Source of the DNA: Octopus vulgaris
Lineage: Eukaryota
Direction: 5' to 3'
NCBI GenBank assembly: GCA_951406725.2
Contig: OX597815.1
Location: forward strand, 131,750,001 to 131,814,000
DNA length: 64,000 bases
The notes beneath the pieces were generated by a model. The model did not search any database. It saw only the letters and a program-made list of their open reading frames with translations, and was not told where the DNA came from. How positions within the stretch are numbered: position 1 is the stretch's first letter; each line of letters begins with the position of its first letter. The position numbers and the translations under genes are program-made. Of the stretch, positions 15,460-28,799 are shown in pieces.

Positions 15460-15790
15460 CAAAATTATAATTAAGGGTTTCTAAAAGTTACCACCATACT
15501 AGATATAGCAGCCAAAACTTGACTCTAAGACTACATTTTACGACACTCATGCTAGCCTGGAAGGTTTTATTCTCTAGAATAATCAAACTTCCATTAAATA
15601 GATGAAATGTATAGAATAACAAAGGATGAAGACAAGTGTATGAACAACAAGCAAGTGTATTAGTGTGACGCTCGGGAAAATTAAAAAGTCTTTTACGTTT
15701 CAAGCCTACGCTCTGCAAAAGAAAGGAATAAGTGAAAATAAACAGAGAGAGAATGAAACAGAAAATGTAGATTTTAGAGGTCATGGCTGA
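15460..15790 (-). mobile_element. short HHR-family element (family H2) with decayed hammerhead at 15688-15727
   Basis: Minus strand cttt-CTTTTGC-A-GAGCgtagGCTT-GAAA-CG-TA^AAAG; homologous to 63040-63240; runs to (TA)n at ~15437-15459. Confidence 0.6.
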
Positions 15791-18700
15791 GAATCGAAGC
15801 AAAGCCGTGAAATCAACTCTAGAACGTACTATCTAAACGACGCATTATGTCAAATCCTATGTAATTTAAGACTGCAATATCCCACGATTATCTAACAGCA
15901 AACATATGGAAGATGATATTAGTGCAAATAGTTTTAAAAAACATTATGCAGTAATAATAAGATAAACACGGATCGTAGAATTTTATTAATTTAATTTAAT
16001 GAATAAAACATACGGTAAAGCAAACATGAAGTCGTGACTTTTAAATCAAGCTTAAATTACTTCGTATAAATCGATTCCTGATTCACCAGCTGACATTGGT
16101 GAAAGATATAAGCAATTTAGCATGATTCCTACACTGTAAGCTAAATTACTGTCATGAATATTTTAAAACTTAACAACAGGCTTTCTAATAGGCATGCACA
16201 CTACTCTTTGTAAAGAGCACAAAGTATTAATTGACGAGGATTTGTTCAAATTGTATTACATTGATTCTTGATTTACGCTGAGTATTTCTAAAACTGCAAA
16301 TGACTTTATAACGTTTCAAACAAGTTCGGTTTCTAAATGGCATGAAAAATATATACTGCCCGAGAATGCTATTTAGAGTTCAAATATTTTCAATGTAGAA
16401 TTGAACCTTTATTTTTTCGGTGGTCGATAATGTCAATCGCAACACTATACCAATATCTATTCAATCAGAGAAAGTAGCGTCACATGAAAGTAGTGCCAAT
16501 ACAATTCACACACATTTTATTCACACACTCACACACACATACACATTCACCGATACTTTCTATAAGGAGATAGCTACAGTCTTCATTACTTCATTTCTAT
16601 TGAAACGGGCAATTGCAATTTTATATAAGCCGTTGGCGAGGAATATATAATTTCCATTCAATGTAATTACTCTCAATAGAACTCACCTGTTAATGTTTAG
16701 TGGTAGAAACGGCTGTGAATAACCTTTGTCAATATAAAGTATTTCACTCAATCTTCACGTTATTTCACACAGGGAATTGCTTAAATCGGTAAATTTTTGA
16801 AATTCCTTTTTAAATAGTATACATAATGAATCAATTTTCCACTTCACGGAGCTTTTAAAATTGAAGCACAACTCTAGTGCAATAGTTATATTTCTAAAGT
16901 TTTTAATATGATTAAATAAGAAAGAATAGGATCGTGTTATAGTTTATTTCATTTATGAACAGTATAATAAAAGTCGTACATTTGCCTATGGAATCTAAAT
17001 CTCTCAGTTTATTTCTCACAAGATCGAGGAACTGGTTAATTGAAAACGATTTGATTTATAATATATCAACAATACTGCTTACTTGGATGATTTCCTTCGT
17101 AATGTTTCACTGGGGATAATTCGGTTTCTTTAGCATAGACAGAAGCAATGATTTCTGTGGTAATCTGCGTTTAAATAACATGCGTTTTTTTTCTGCTTGA
17201 CATTTAATACATTTCTCAGATACTTGAATGTAATATATACTGTATCACATTTTCAATTCCCGAGCATGAACGGTCGCCTTAAATATAGTAATATTTCTAG
17301 TTTGTTTCTCTGTTTTATCATTTTGCGACTTAAATAACACTCAGAGAGCTGAATGAACAAATAAGTATAAACTTAATTAACTCATATTTCATGAGAGCTT
17401 TATAAAGGTAAAGGAGAAGACTCAGATTCGAATTGAAAGAAAGTTTAATTTTTAATGCAACTAGAACTTGTGAAAGCACTACAGAATGTGCTAAAACCTA
17501 TTAAAGTACATATTTCACATATAATTACGAGGTTTCACATTTGTATGGAAATAACATAAGCAGTCAAACCAACCTAGTATCTGATTGATATTTAATTTAC
17601 TGACTCAAAGTCATAAAGCATAATGAACCTAGTATCATCTTTCAAAACATACGTAGCTCTCACAAAGCATTTACCGTGTGCAAAATGTCTCCGCCTCCAT
17701 CTATCTTACTCATTCGTCTTCAAACAACTTAACTGAGTGATGGTGTTTTAGATGCATAGACATTGAGGTTTGCTAAGACGACAAAAGCTCAAATATTTTA
17801 ACTTTCACTCGTTTTCCTAAGGAAGTAGCTACGTGCGTGGAATGAAACATTTTCAGCCAGGAAGTGAGTCACTAATAAAACATCTACAGCTTCAGATTCT
17901 ATTACTACTCTTTTACTAAAATTCATTTTCCCTTTGTTGTAAGAAACTCTTTAATCATAAACTCAAATTTCTTCATCCTAAATGCCCATAAATGATTTTT
18001 TTTCAAATACTGACATAGCTGTGACGTTTATAATTTTAACTAGTGAATTCCTACAGAATGTTAAATACATTTAATCTATCATTACATAAAAAATGAGTTA
18101 ATGCAAAATCCTATTCGGAATAATACGAGATATTTACTTCATTTAATGAAAATCCGTATAGTTTGTATCGTATAGGCATTTAGCATATGTAGAGTAGTTT
18201 TAATCATAACAGCTTTTACAGAAAACCTGTTTTCTGCTTACCTGAAGCTAGTTAACGATGTATATATGTTGACTAACAACGACACTACTTAAGATGAAAA
18301 ATTCAATTACAGAATATATATTTGCTATTCACATTAAGTGGTTAATACAAATTGCATATAACTTTATTTTCCTGCTAAAAAGTACAATAATTAGTTTAGC
18401 TTGTATTTATATTTTTTAGTAGCTTTTGCCGCTAAAATAACACGCGTTGGTACAAGTAAATAATGTCCTTTTTGTACCAAAGAAATGATACATTCGCTTA
18501 TTTTTTCTTGTGTTTAATCATATATACATCCCCTTTAATACAATTATATATATGTGTGTGTATGTCTCTGTGTATGCATGTATGTATGTATGTATGTATG
18601 TATGTATGTATGTATGTATGTATGTATGTATGTATGTATGCATGCATGTACGTGTATGTGTATATATGCGTTTGTATATATGTATGTGTGTAGGTATGTA

Positions 18701-19025
18701 TGTGTATATGTGTATGTGTATGTATGTGTGCGTGCTTGTGAGTATGTGTTTGGGCGTGAGCACTTACCTAGAATATATATGGCTAGAGGATATCGTTATT
18801 TATTAAACGTACTCATTTTTCTTACCGTTCTATGTGTCACTTTTGCAGGAAAATGATATTAGATCTTCGAGCAGGATGTTTGTAAAAGTAAAACATCACT
18901 CTATTAATACAGATATTTCCATACTCATCATGCAAATTTGCATTGAATAGGAGGCATTAAAGTATTTAAAATATTAATCCAAATTGTTAGAAGTTTTTAT
19001 CTAAAAACAATTAGCGAATATTACA

Positions 19026-19259
19026 CCTGTTTCTTTACTACCCACAAGGGGCTAAATACGGAGAGGACAAGCAAGGACAGACAAACGGATTAAGTCGATT
19101 ATATCGACCCCAGTGCGTAACTGGTACTTATTTAATCGACCCCGAAAGGATGAAAGGCAAAGTCGACCTCGGCGGAATTTGAACTCAGAACGTAACGGCA
19201 GACGAAATACGGCTACGCATTTCGCTCGGCGTGCTAACGATTCTGCCAGCTCGCTGCCT
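19026..19259 (-). mobile_element. SINE family B (tRNA head + Deu/Nin-like domain) with 16-bp TSD
   Basis: TSD tagcgaatattaYacc at 19012-19027 and 19273-19288; gcctttcatcctttcggggtcgat domain. Confidence 0.9.
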
Positions 19260-19331
19260 GATTATTATATTATAGCGAATATTATACCGTGGTTTTGGGG
19301 TAGGGGGAGGATCACTATTTACATGTGGATA

Positions 19332-19548
19332 AGGCAGCGAGCTGACAGAATCGTCAGCATACTGGCAAAATGCTTTGCGGCATTTCGTTCGTCTTTACGT
19401 TCTTAGATCAAATTCCGCCGATTCCGACATTGCCTTTCATACTTTCGGGGTTGATAAAATAAATACCAGTTGAGCACTGGGGTCGATGTAATAGACTAAC
19501 ACTTTCCTTATAAATTGCTGGCCCTGTATCAAACTTTTAAATCAATAT
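19332..19548 (+). mobile_element. SINE family B
   Basis: ggcagcgagctgacagaatcg..gcctttcatactttcggggttgataaaataaataccag. Confidence 0.85.
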
Positions 19549-20112
19549 TTACATGTGGGTGCTGCGCAGAGATGTCAAGTCAAAAGTAAGCTGTTTGTAT
19601 AAGGCTTGTTTTGTTCGTGTTTTGGGCGTTATAACTTTTACCAATAATCAATAGACTGAGGACCGAGGAAATCGAAATCTCAAATTGTATTGCGTGTATT
19701 ACGTGTATATCTATCTGTATCTGTTCTCCATTGGGAGTTAAATGATTTATTGATGATAATGGTACGTATGAGGCCTTTGATTCATTGGGTTAGATATATC
19801 AAAAGGATATATCGTTAATGATCATGTTTTAAGAAATATCAGAGTGGTGCACAAATGTTATTACGGGTCGAATGATCGCAAGATTATAGTGGGGCACATC
19901 TGAATATTAGGAAATCATGGGGGTGAATTTTCCTGATTTGCAAGTCTGCCACGGGAAAAAGTGGTAACTATCTTCATAAACAATGTGTTTGTCTTGGAAG
20001 TTTTTTTTTGTGAAAGTAAAGGATATTTTTTGATGCATTCTTATGTGTAATTTTTCTCATTTCGATATACCAACTTCTTGGATATGTCTGATTTTAAGAG
20101 AATGACCGAAAG

Positions 20113-20170
<58 letters not shown>

Positions 20171-20654
20171 CAGACAGACAGAGAGCGACAGACGGAGAAA
20201 AAGAGAGACAAAGACAGACAGGTAGAAATGGAAGGAGAGTGACAGAATAAAAGAAAATGTGAAAGTGGAAGAAAGGAAAATAGAAGGAACGAGAAACAGA
20301 GAGTGAGAGACTGAAAACGAGACAGAAAGACAAAGAGATAGAGAGTGAAAGAGGGAGAAAGAGATAGGCAGAAAAAGAGAAGAACCGCCGTAGTAATTAA
20401 ATGGTACTGTATTATTAACTATAAAAGCTGAAAGTTGACATTGGCAAGAATGTTGCAAAAGCTCTGAGATCTGGAACAAATATCACAGAAACTAGTGATA
20501 ATGCAAATTCTGAAGCAAAGAGACACACGCGCGCACGATTGCATGCATACATGTAAATATATATATGAGTGTGTGCGTGTGAGTCTCTATATAAATCCAT
20601 ATATATGCATATATATATAGATGCATATGCATTACATCTATAGGGAATATATAT

Positions 20655-21130
20655 ATAGAGACGGACGATACAAAGAAAAGAAGAACAGGTCATTCGAAGT
20701 TTTCTTTCTTTAGTCAAGTGCTAGATTATCCTCGCAATTTCGGCTGATTATTCTTGAGATTGCCCCAAACGGGCCAGCCCCAAGAAAAACCTAAGCTAAG
20801 AGCATTAGATTCCTGGGAAGAAAGCAGCGAATGTATACAAAAACAAAGACAGACAAATGGACAATGTTACACAAATATAAATACAATAAAATAATGACAG
20901 GACATAACAACAGGTGTCTTTCGACTAAGGACGAATTGAATTAAGCTGGCGCGTGTGGATATTGAAGCCTTACGGCAGATATAGAAAGTGTTCACAAACA
21001 CAGAAGAATATCGATGTTGCACGGTCAGACGAAGAAAGAAAGAGCAGATTCGGCCGATCGGTCACGTGGGAAGAGACAAGAGAGAAGAAGAAGCAGAGGG
21101 ACAGAAGAATTAAGGAGGGGCGAGAAAATT
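20655..21130. mobile_element. unclassified interspersed repeat (partial second copy at 22225-22380)
   Basis: Shared gtcattcgaagtttt..tcagtcaagt..agattatc.tcgcaatttcggc block; flanked by (TA)n. Confidence 0.55.
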
Positions 21131-21313
21131 GATAGGGAGACAGTGAAGTGAAAAGTGGAGGGAAAGTGAGTAAGAAGAGAAGGCAAAGAAATGTGAGACC
21201 GGGTGAGCGAAAGAACGGAGGGTGGAATGAACGAATAAGCATGAAAGGGTTGATAGAAATAGATTTTGAAAAATATGTACTTACATATAAGAGAACAAAG
21301 TGTACGTACACCG

Positions 21314-21430
<117 letters not shown>

Positions 21431-21587
21431 GTATATATAAAATAATAAATTAAGCTATCTACGAGATACCACCATGTGCTGGAAATAGCAGCCATGATCC
21501 GACTCTAAAAACCACCTTAAGTGATCATATAGCAGCGTGGAGAGAAGACAAAGAGACAAGATGAAACTAGTAAAAAGTTACTGGATA

Positions 21588-21646
21588 ATTTCAGATCCTG
21601 GATTTTTGACTTTGCATTTAGGAATGTTTTGCCTCGTCAGTGGAAT
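21588..21646 (-). ncRNA. type I hammerhead ribozyme, decayed (GAAA to AAAA)
   Basis: attcca-CTGACGA-GGC..catt ccta aatg..GTC-a-AAAA-TCC a GGA-TC^tgaaat. Confidence 0.65.
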
Positions 21647-21880
21647 ACATACAGAAAGAAACATAAATATATATATATATATATATATAAATACAACATA
21701 CGAATACTTACATATACGAACGTATACATACATATATATGCACGCATACATCAAGACTAGTTCAAAATGTACGCTTAATTCCAGTTGCGATATGGTTAAA
21801 ATATCACCGCAGTGACGAAATAAATTTAAATTTATATAAATAAGGATAAGATCGTTAATTTAAATTAGAATAACGATCTT

Positions 21881-21939
21881 ATTCCACTGACGAGGCAAGG
21901 CATTCCTAAATGCAAACCCAGAAATCCAGGATCTGGAAT
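21881..21939 (+). ncRNA. type I hammerhead ribozyme
   Basis: Stem I ATTCCA/TGGAAT; core CTGACGA; stem II GG..gcatt ccta aatgc..CC plus extra A; GAAA; stem III ATCC-A-GGAT; AUC^ at 21933. Confidence 0.8.
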
Positions 21940-22168
21940 TATCCAGCATTTTTTTACTGGTTTCATTTTGTCTCTTTGACTTCTCTCCGTGTTGCTACAT
22001 GAACACTTAAGGTGCTTTTAGAGTCGGATCATGGCTGCTATATTGATGGCGGTGTCTCGTAGATACCCTAATTTATAATTTTTAAAATTATTACATTTGA
22101 AGTTTATTTTTTTCAATGCTGGTCACTTGATAAGATAGTATTTTATTATAAATTAACGATCTTATCCT

Positions 22169-22214
<46 letters not shown>

Positions 22215-23139
22215 GATATATATAATACAAAATGATACAAGACCGCAAAACATCTGGACAGGTAGGTGATGCAAAAAGGGACAAGAAAACATCCAGATAG
22301 ACGATACAAAGACGACAAGGACGGGTCATTCGAAGTTTTTTTCTTCAGTCAAGTACCAGATTATCATCGCAATTTCGGCACACAAATTACTCACACACAC
22401 ACACACTCACACACACACGGGCACACACATACACACAGGTGCATATATGTATGAAATTGTACGTTGTATGTCTATATTTTGAGTTTTACTTTCGCTAAAG
22501 TCGATCTTACCTTTCAACTTCGTTCAGGGTTATAAATATCCACAACATATATTTACTGAGGTAGTGTCAATCGGTGATAGCTACTGAGAAAATGTGTACT
22601 TGTTTATGACTATGAGACATCAAGATCTTATATCTTTATCACAGTAAATCACTAGGAATAAAGTATGTCTGTTATGTGGACCTCATAAATATTCAGCATT
22701 TACTAACGTTTGTGAAGTTACGCAAGTTTTTCTCTGTAGAAACTGAGATAATCTTCGTTTACAACTTTATGCTTGAAACATTCATAAGTATTCACTGAAT
22801 TAGTAATGCATCCTCACTAATTCCACTTCGTAATATGTAACTACACGTAATTTCAATATTTCCAATGAATTTTGCATTACAGCCATTTGAAAAAAAATAA
22901 CGTTTTTATCCACGTAGAACCCACGTAGATGTTTCACTGTAAATTTGCTTATCTTCTTCGTTATATATAGAATTTAGAAAACATTTGGCTATCAGATAAA
23001 GTTATCTCTTTGCTTTCTGATGTTGTCTGTATGAAGACGAAAAATATCATCATTGTTGAGCTATGATTTTTGTAGCTATACTCATCCTCTTCAAAGTTTA
23101 TTTATCGATTTTGAAATTTGAATAAGCTCATTTTAGACA

Positions 23140-23467
23140 AATAATGATGAAGTGCCATTTTCTCCAACATGCCAACGCTCGCCAGCACATCGTTAATTTG
23201 AGTACACCTGTTATGCAAGAGCTCGATTGACAACTTCCACCGCATGCATCTTATTCCTCTGATATAACACCTTCACATTATCACCTTTATCGTTCATTTT
23301 CCAACAGTCTGCGAGGCATTTCGTTCAACATCGATGCGGAGCTTAAAACATATCTCGATGGATTCCTCCAGGTAAGACCCAGTTATTTCTTCCGTTATGG
23401 CGTAGAGAAGCTTGTGAACCGCTGTCAAGAAGTCGTGAGTAATGACAGTGAATACGTTACTGAATTA
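23140..23467 (+). pseudogene. mariner (DD34D-type) transposase C-terminal remnant
   Basis: FLQHANARQH, PHASYSSDITPSHYHLYRS (cf. PHPPYSPDLAPSDYHLFRS), GVEKLVNRCQEVV..EY. Confidence 0.8.
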
Positions 23468-24021
23468 TTTTTTAAATTGTTAGGGGTAAATGGGTTTAAA
23501 AAATACCATTTTATCCGTTAAACTTTATACATCTGACCTCTCTTTATTCATATATATATTGAAATTGTGAAAAGTTTGACTAATTTTAATAGGATGTGAG
23601 AAAGCGAAGATGAATATTTGCATCCTGCAGTTTTTAATGTTTACATATAGATTAAGCAAGACGGCGGCTGGCAGAAACTTTAGCACGCCGGATGAAATGC
23701 TTAGCGGTATTTCGTCTGCTGCTACGTTCTGAGTTCATATATATAAGTGAATGTGTGGGAATCGAACCTATGTGTGTGAGTGTGTTAAATAATAAGGCAC
23801 TAAATTAGAATGAATCTCCCCAGATACAATGAAATATGCTTCATCACACGAAAGAACCTTGCAAACCAAATACAAAACGATATATGTATATATATAAATA
23901 TATATATATATATATTAATAGTAATGGTAAGATAAGATAACAAAAAAATGTAAGAGACCTCGATATTATGTAAATAGAAGTATTTATCTGTAACATATGT
24001 GACAGTTATTCGGTTGCCATA

Positions 24022-24081
24022 ATAAAGCTCCGAGTTTCGGATGTCGGGGCGGAAACCTGCTCTGGCTCTCTCTTCAGTTAA
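24022..24081 (-). ncRNA. decayed type I hammerhead (family H4); inverted partial copy at 25039-25100
   Basis: ttaa-CTGAAGA-...catcc-GAAA-CTC g GAG-cT^tta; plus-strand partner atcc-GAAA-CTC a GAG-TT^ttatt. Confidence 0.55.
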
Positions 24082-24249
24082 CGAAGGAAATCAAAATATG
24101 CTATAAAAAGGACCGTTAAACAAAGGAAAATTACTATGTAATTGACCGTTATTAAGACAAAAGATCTATTAGAATGACTGTTAAATAAGGGAAAAAACCG
24201 AAGGGGAGGAAGTAAAAAGTAATGGAGTAAAAATGCTCATAGCAATCGC

Positions 24250-24850
24250 GTATGCGGGCATGTACATACATACACATGTGTGCCCGCACACCCACGTACA
24301 TGCGCCTATATGCATATGCTCCCTCACACTCGCATGAAACATGCGCACCCGGACATACGCAAATAGATGCACATATATATGCAACCATACATGTACACGT
24401 ATACATATCCACACACACTCGCGCACACACACACGTGCACATACCCATACGCGTACAGTTATATTCAAATACACGTCTAAAAATACGCACAAGCTATATG
24501 CTCGCTCACACTTGCGTGGAACACATGCATGTACACCCACATACATATGCAACCATACCCATGTACATATATACATACCCACACACACGCACACTCATAC
24601 GCACGATGTACACATATGTATTTCCGCACACACGTGCACATACCCATTCGCGCACAGTTATATTCAAATACACGTCGAAAATACGCACATGCTATATATG
24701 CATATGCTCACTCAGACTCGCGGGGAACACTCGCATGTACACCCACGTATATATGCAACCATACACCTGTACATATACATGTAGATATATACATACCCGC
24801 ACGCACACACACACGTGCACAAAAAAGTCCATATACACGTTTATATACGC
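24250..24850. repeat. about 200-bp tandem minisatellite of alternating purine/pyrimidine sequence, about 3 units
   Basis: cacgtgcacatacccat..cagttatattcaaatacacgtc..aaaatacgcac repeated at ~24430 and ~24630. Confidence 0.8.
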
Positions 24851-25096
24851 ACATGGACAAGAAAAACGCAAGGTGAAAGGTAAAATACAGAAAAAATGTG
24901 TAAAAGTATATAAAGCAATAAAAATATAAAAAATATATCTCAATAAACATGTAAAAATTATGTGAAAAATACATAAAATATATATGTAAAATGTATAGAG
25001 AGATAAAAATCTTGTACGTGGACACAATATAAAAAGCAATCCGAAACTCAGAGTTTTATTATGGCAGCCCAATATTTGTCACATATTATATTACAG

Positions 25097-25415
<319 letters not shown>

Positions 25416-25508
25416 TATATATATGTTAGTTAGTTAGTTAGTTAATTTGGCTCAAAAGCAAATAGCAAGGCCATGTAGGGGGACATGGAGTTAAGTACAG
25501 GGTGGTGT

Positions 25509-28396
25509 TCATGTAAAGAGTTCAGGCCACTTGAGGTCCAGGGAGGCTTTGAACAAAGCGGTCGTCGGCATCTTCACCATCTCGTCTGGCAGCTTGTTCC
25601 ACGGATCCGCAACCCGGACGGAGAAAGCTCCTCTCCTTCGATTGAGATGAAATCGTCGCAGGTAGAGCTTTTCGGAATGACCCCGCAGCCGACGCTCTGG
25701 ATCAGGAGTGAAGAACAGCTCTTTCGAGAGGTTACACTTTCCGCTTATGATGTTGTGGGCGAGAATGAGATCACCACGGCGGCGGCGTTTTTCAAGAGAA
25801 TAAAGGTCGAGCGTCCTCAGCCTTTCTTCGTAGGACAAATTTTTGAGACCATGAACCATGCGGGTAGCCAGCTTCTGGACTCTTTCGAGATGCTGTATGT
25901 CTTTGAGGAGATAAGGAGAAGAGGCTTGAATCCCATACTCCAATATGGGTCTCACCAGCGTGACATAGAGTGGTAGGAATATGGCTGCTGTGAGCATTCC
26001 GAATGACCGTCGAATCAAGAACAGAATTCCGCGTGCTTTGTTGGCAGCATGGACGCACTGGGCCGAAGGCGAAAAGGAGGAATCCACCAAGATACCTAGG
26101 TCCTTTACCTGATTGGTCCTCTCCAGCAGCAGACGACCCGGCTCGAAATCAAGTTGAGTTGCAGGAGTAGAGCCGACAGGCAGATGGCAGCACTTTGACA
26201 CGTTCAGACACAGGTCCCAATTGTTAGACCACTTCCAAATTTGGTGGAGGCATCGACGAAGATCCTCTATATTACCGCGAGGAGCGACCAGTTTGATATC
26301 GTCGGCAAATAGAAGGGTGTGTTGCGTGAGGTCGTCGGGCAAGTCATTTATGAAGACTAAGAACAACAAGGGCCCAAGCACTGAACCTTGAGGCACGCCA
26401 CTGCTCGCACTGGAGACATGGACCGCGAACCATTAACTTGGACTTGGAAGGAGCGATCTGAGAGGAAGGCACCAACCCATCGTACAATATCCAGATGGAA
26501 ACTATATGCTTGAAGCTTGACAAGCAATAGGCGGTGGTTTACCCAGTCAAAAGCTTTGGCAAAATCCAGTAAAACGATGTCAACAGCATCACTATCATCG
26601 AGGATGCGCGTCACTAATTCTTATATTACTAGTAGGTTGGTCAAGCATGATCTCTTCGGCACGAAGCCGTGTTGGTAATCAGAGATAGAGGCTGTGTTTA
26701 GGAGGTGGAGCATCATACTTTTCTTAAGGATGGTTTCGAACATCTTGCTGATAATTGATGTAAGGGAAACCGGTCGGTAGTTAAGCGGGTCTTCGCGGCT
26801 CCCTTTCTTGAAAATTGGGCAGATTATCGCTGTTCTCCAGTCTGCAGGTATAACACCCGTCGCCAATGACATATTGAATAGTCGTGTTAAGGGCTCGCAG
26901 ATGACCGGAGCCAACGCTTTGATAACCCGTGGGTGTATGCCGTCAGGGCCGTGACCTTTGTTGACATCGAGGCCTTGAATAACACGTTTGACTTCGTCCC
27001 GCGTGATGACCAATCGAAGCATTGGATGTACCGATCTATCAAATGGAGGGGGTTCACGACCATCATCTTGTTTGAAAATAGTTGAAAAAGCCTCGGCAAA
27101 TAATTGACTCTGTTGATAAGGGTCCTCAATCGATACGCCTGTTGAGTCTACCAACGTTGCAATCTGGTTGTTCAAGCGGGAATTCCGCTGGACATGGGCA
27201 AAGAAGGTTTTTGGATTGCTACCGGCATTTGCCGCGATTCTGTATTCGTAACTGAAGCGTTCTTTCTTTTCAATTTTCACGGCTCGGTCTCGTTGAGTTT
27301 TGTACACCTCAAAAGCTGCAGTCGAATCCAGATTTTTGAATTCAGCCCAAGCAATATCTCTGAGTCGACGTTCTCGTTTAACCCTCTTCGTCACCCAGGG
27401 CTTGTCTTTCTTCCTCTTCGGAAGCCCAACGGGAACTGCCTGGTCAGTCAAACAGATTACATATGCTTTGAGGGATGACCATAGTTCGTCAACTGAGGAC
27501 AACGTCATCAGGGATCGCCAGTCCAGAAGCGCGGAAGCCTCGGTTAGAATTTCAAGATTAATTGCAGAGAAGACTCTACGTGGCAGCGAAGTAGTCGTGG
27601 GCGTAGAAAAAGTTGTGTGCATGACGAACTTCAGGACCGCATGATCACTCTTGGCAAGAGGGGCGCACACAGATACGTCTGACACTGATCTTGGATAGCG
27701 GGAGAATACCAGATCTAGCATAGATGGCTGCTGCCCAGACCGATGCCTTATCGGATATTCAACATGTTGCGATAGAAAACAATCTTCAGCCACGTCAAGA
27801 AGGGCCTGGCCGAACCGGGAAGATGTTGTACAAATTGATGCGGGCCAATCGATCGTGGGTGCGTTGAAGTCTCCTAGTACCAAACAGTCATGCGAAGCTG
27901 AAACGAATCTTATCGCTTCGAGTAGATGGGCATCGTCCTGGGGGTCGGCAAGAGGCGGCCTGTAGACAGCCAACACGGGCAGGCAAAACTCAGATAGGCT
28001 CAGCTTGCAATAGACGGCATCGAATTTTGTTGTAGGCTGAGCATTAGTGGGTAGAATACCGCTGGACGGTTTGTGCTCAGACTTAACATACACAGCAACA
28101 CCTCCACCTCGCCTTTTTCCTCTGTCACATCTGAAAAGGACGTAGCCCTGCAGGTGGATTTCTGAGTCCTTTACTGCTGGAGTCAGCCAAGTCTCGGTGA
28201 TAGCTATCACATCAGGGGAGTCACGTATGGCCAGTGTAAATAGTTCACTGAACTTTGGGAATAAGGAGCACGAGTTGGTGTAGACGATGCTGAGCTGTGA
28301 AGTCTGAGGGGCGGGAGTTAGGGAGCAAGCAGAATAAGGGGTATCAGAGATAGCATCGTTGACGGGGGTATCAACTTCACTTCGATTTGCCCTCAC
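25509..28396 (-). pseudogene. LINE ORF2 (APE endonuclease + reverse transcriptase) with one nonsense codon and one 1-bp frameshift
   Basis: YTNSCS, ITETWL, GGGVAVYVK, GDFNAP, SDH, GPDGIHP, NYRPVSLTS, QHGF, LDFAKAFD, PQGSVLGPLLFLVFINDL, FADD, VRPILEY; TAA at 26621-26623; frameshift near 26420. Confidence 0.95.
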
Positions 28397-28747
28397 ATCA
28401 CTTTCCCTGTCAGCACTACAGCATGGGACCAGAGGTAGGACTTGATTATCTGTCCATCTTGGATTCGTAAACCTTTCTCTCCCATTTGTTTCCTCATCTT
28501 TAGTTCGGATATCAGGTTTCTCCGGCGAATTCTCTCTCTTAGTGAGTATTCCTCGCGAAAACCCATATTGGGGTCCTCCCAGGCATGCGTCTGAGCTCTG
28601 TTCAGAAAGACTGAAGCCTCCCGATCAGAAGAAAAGATTACCCTTATTGGGCGTGGTCTAGTATCTGCGGTTGGGTTCGCTTGGAATCTTCCTAGCCGAG
28701 CGACCTTAAGGACACTGACCTTTTCGTTCACGGAGAACAATTCTCCA
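28393..28747 (-). pseudogene. LINE ORF1 C-terminal part
   Basis: VARLGR..RPRPIRVIF..REEYSLRERIRRRNLISELKMR..GEKGLRIQDGQII; stop overlaps ORF2 opening (ATGTGA). The N-terminal part of the ORF-track call is flank/microsatellite. Confidence 0.8.
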
Positions 28748-28748
28748 A

Positions 28749-28799
<51 letters not shown>

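Larger units (their letters stand above)
21445..22170. mobile_element. inverted pair of HHR-bearing pseudo-LTR-like repeats (family H3)
   Basis: 21445-21646 is a diverged reverse complement of 21881-22075; both arms run out to (TA)n. Confidence 0.8.
25425..28747 (-). mobile_element. CR1-clade LINE, 5'-truncated, young; (TAAC)n tail, within (TA)n
   Basis: ORF1 C-terminus + APE-RT ORF2; tail gttagttagttagttagtta at 25425-25445; (TA)n on both sides. Confidence 0.95.

Noticed and set aside
20715-20830. Possible minus-strand hammerhead (ctaatgc...ccGAAAttgcga)
   Set aside because: Core two changes from CUGANGA, no NUH site, no stem I
24250-24850. CRISPR-like array
   Set aside because: Eukaryotic minisatellite without constant repeats and unique spacers; no cas genes
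25485-27644. Plus-strand ORFs (163, 94, 114 aa) over the LINE
   Set aside because: Antisense shadows of GC-rich ORF2
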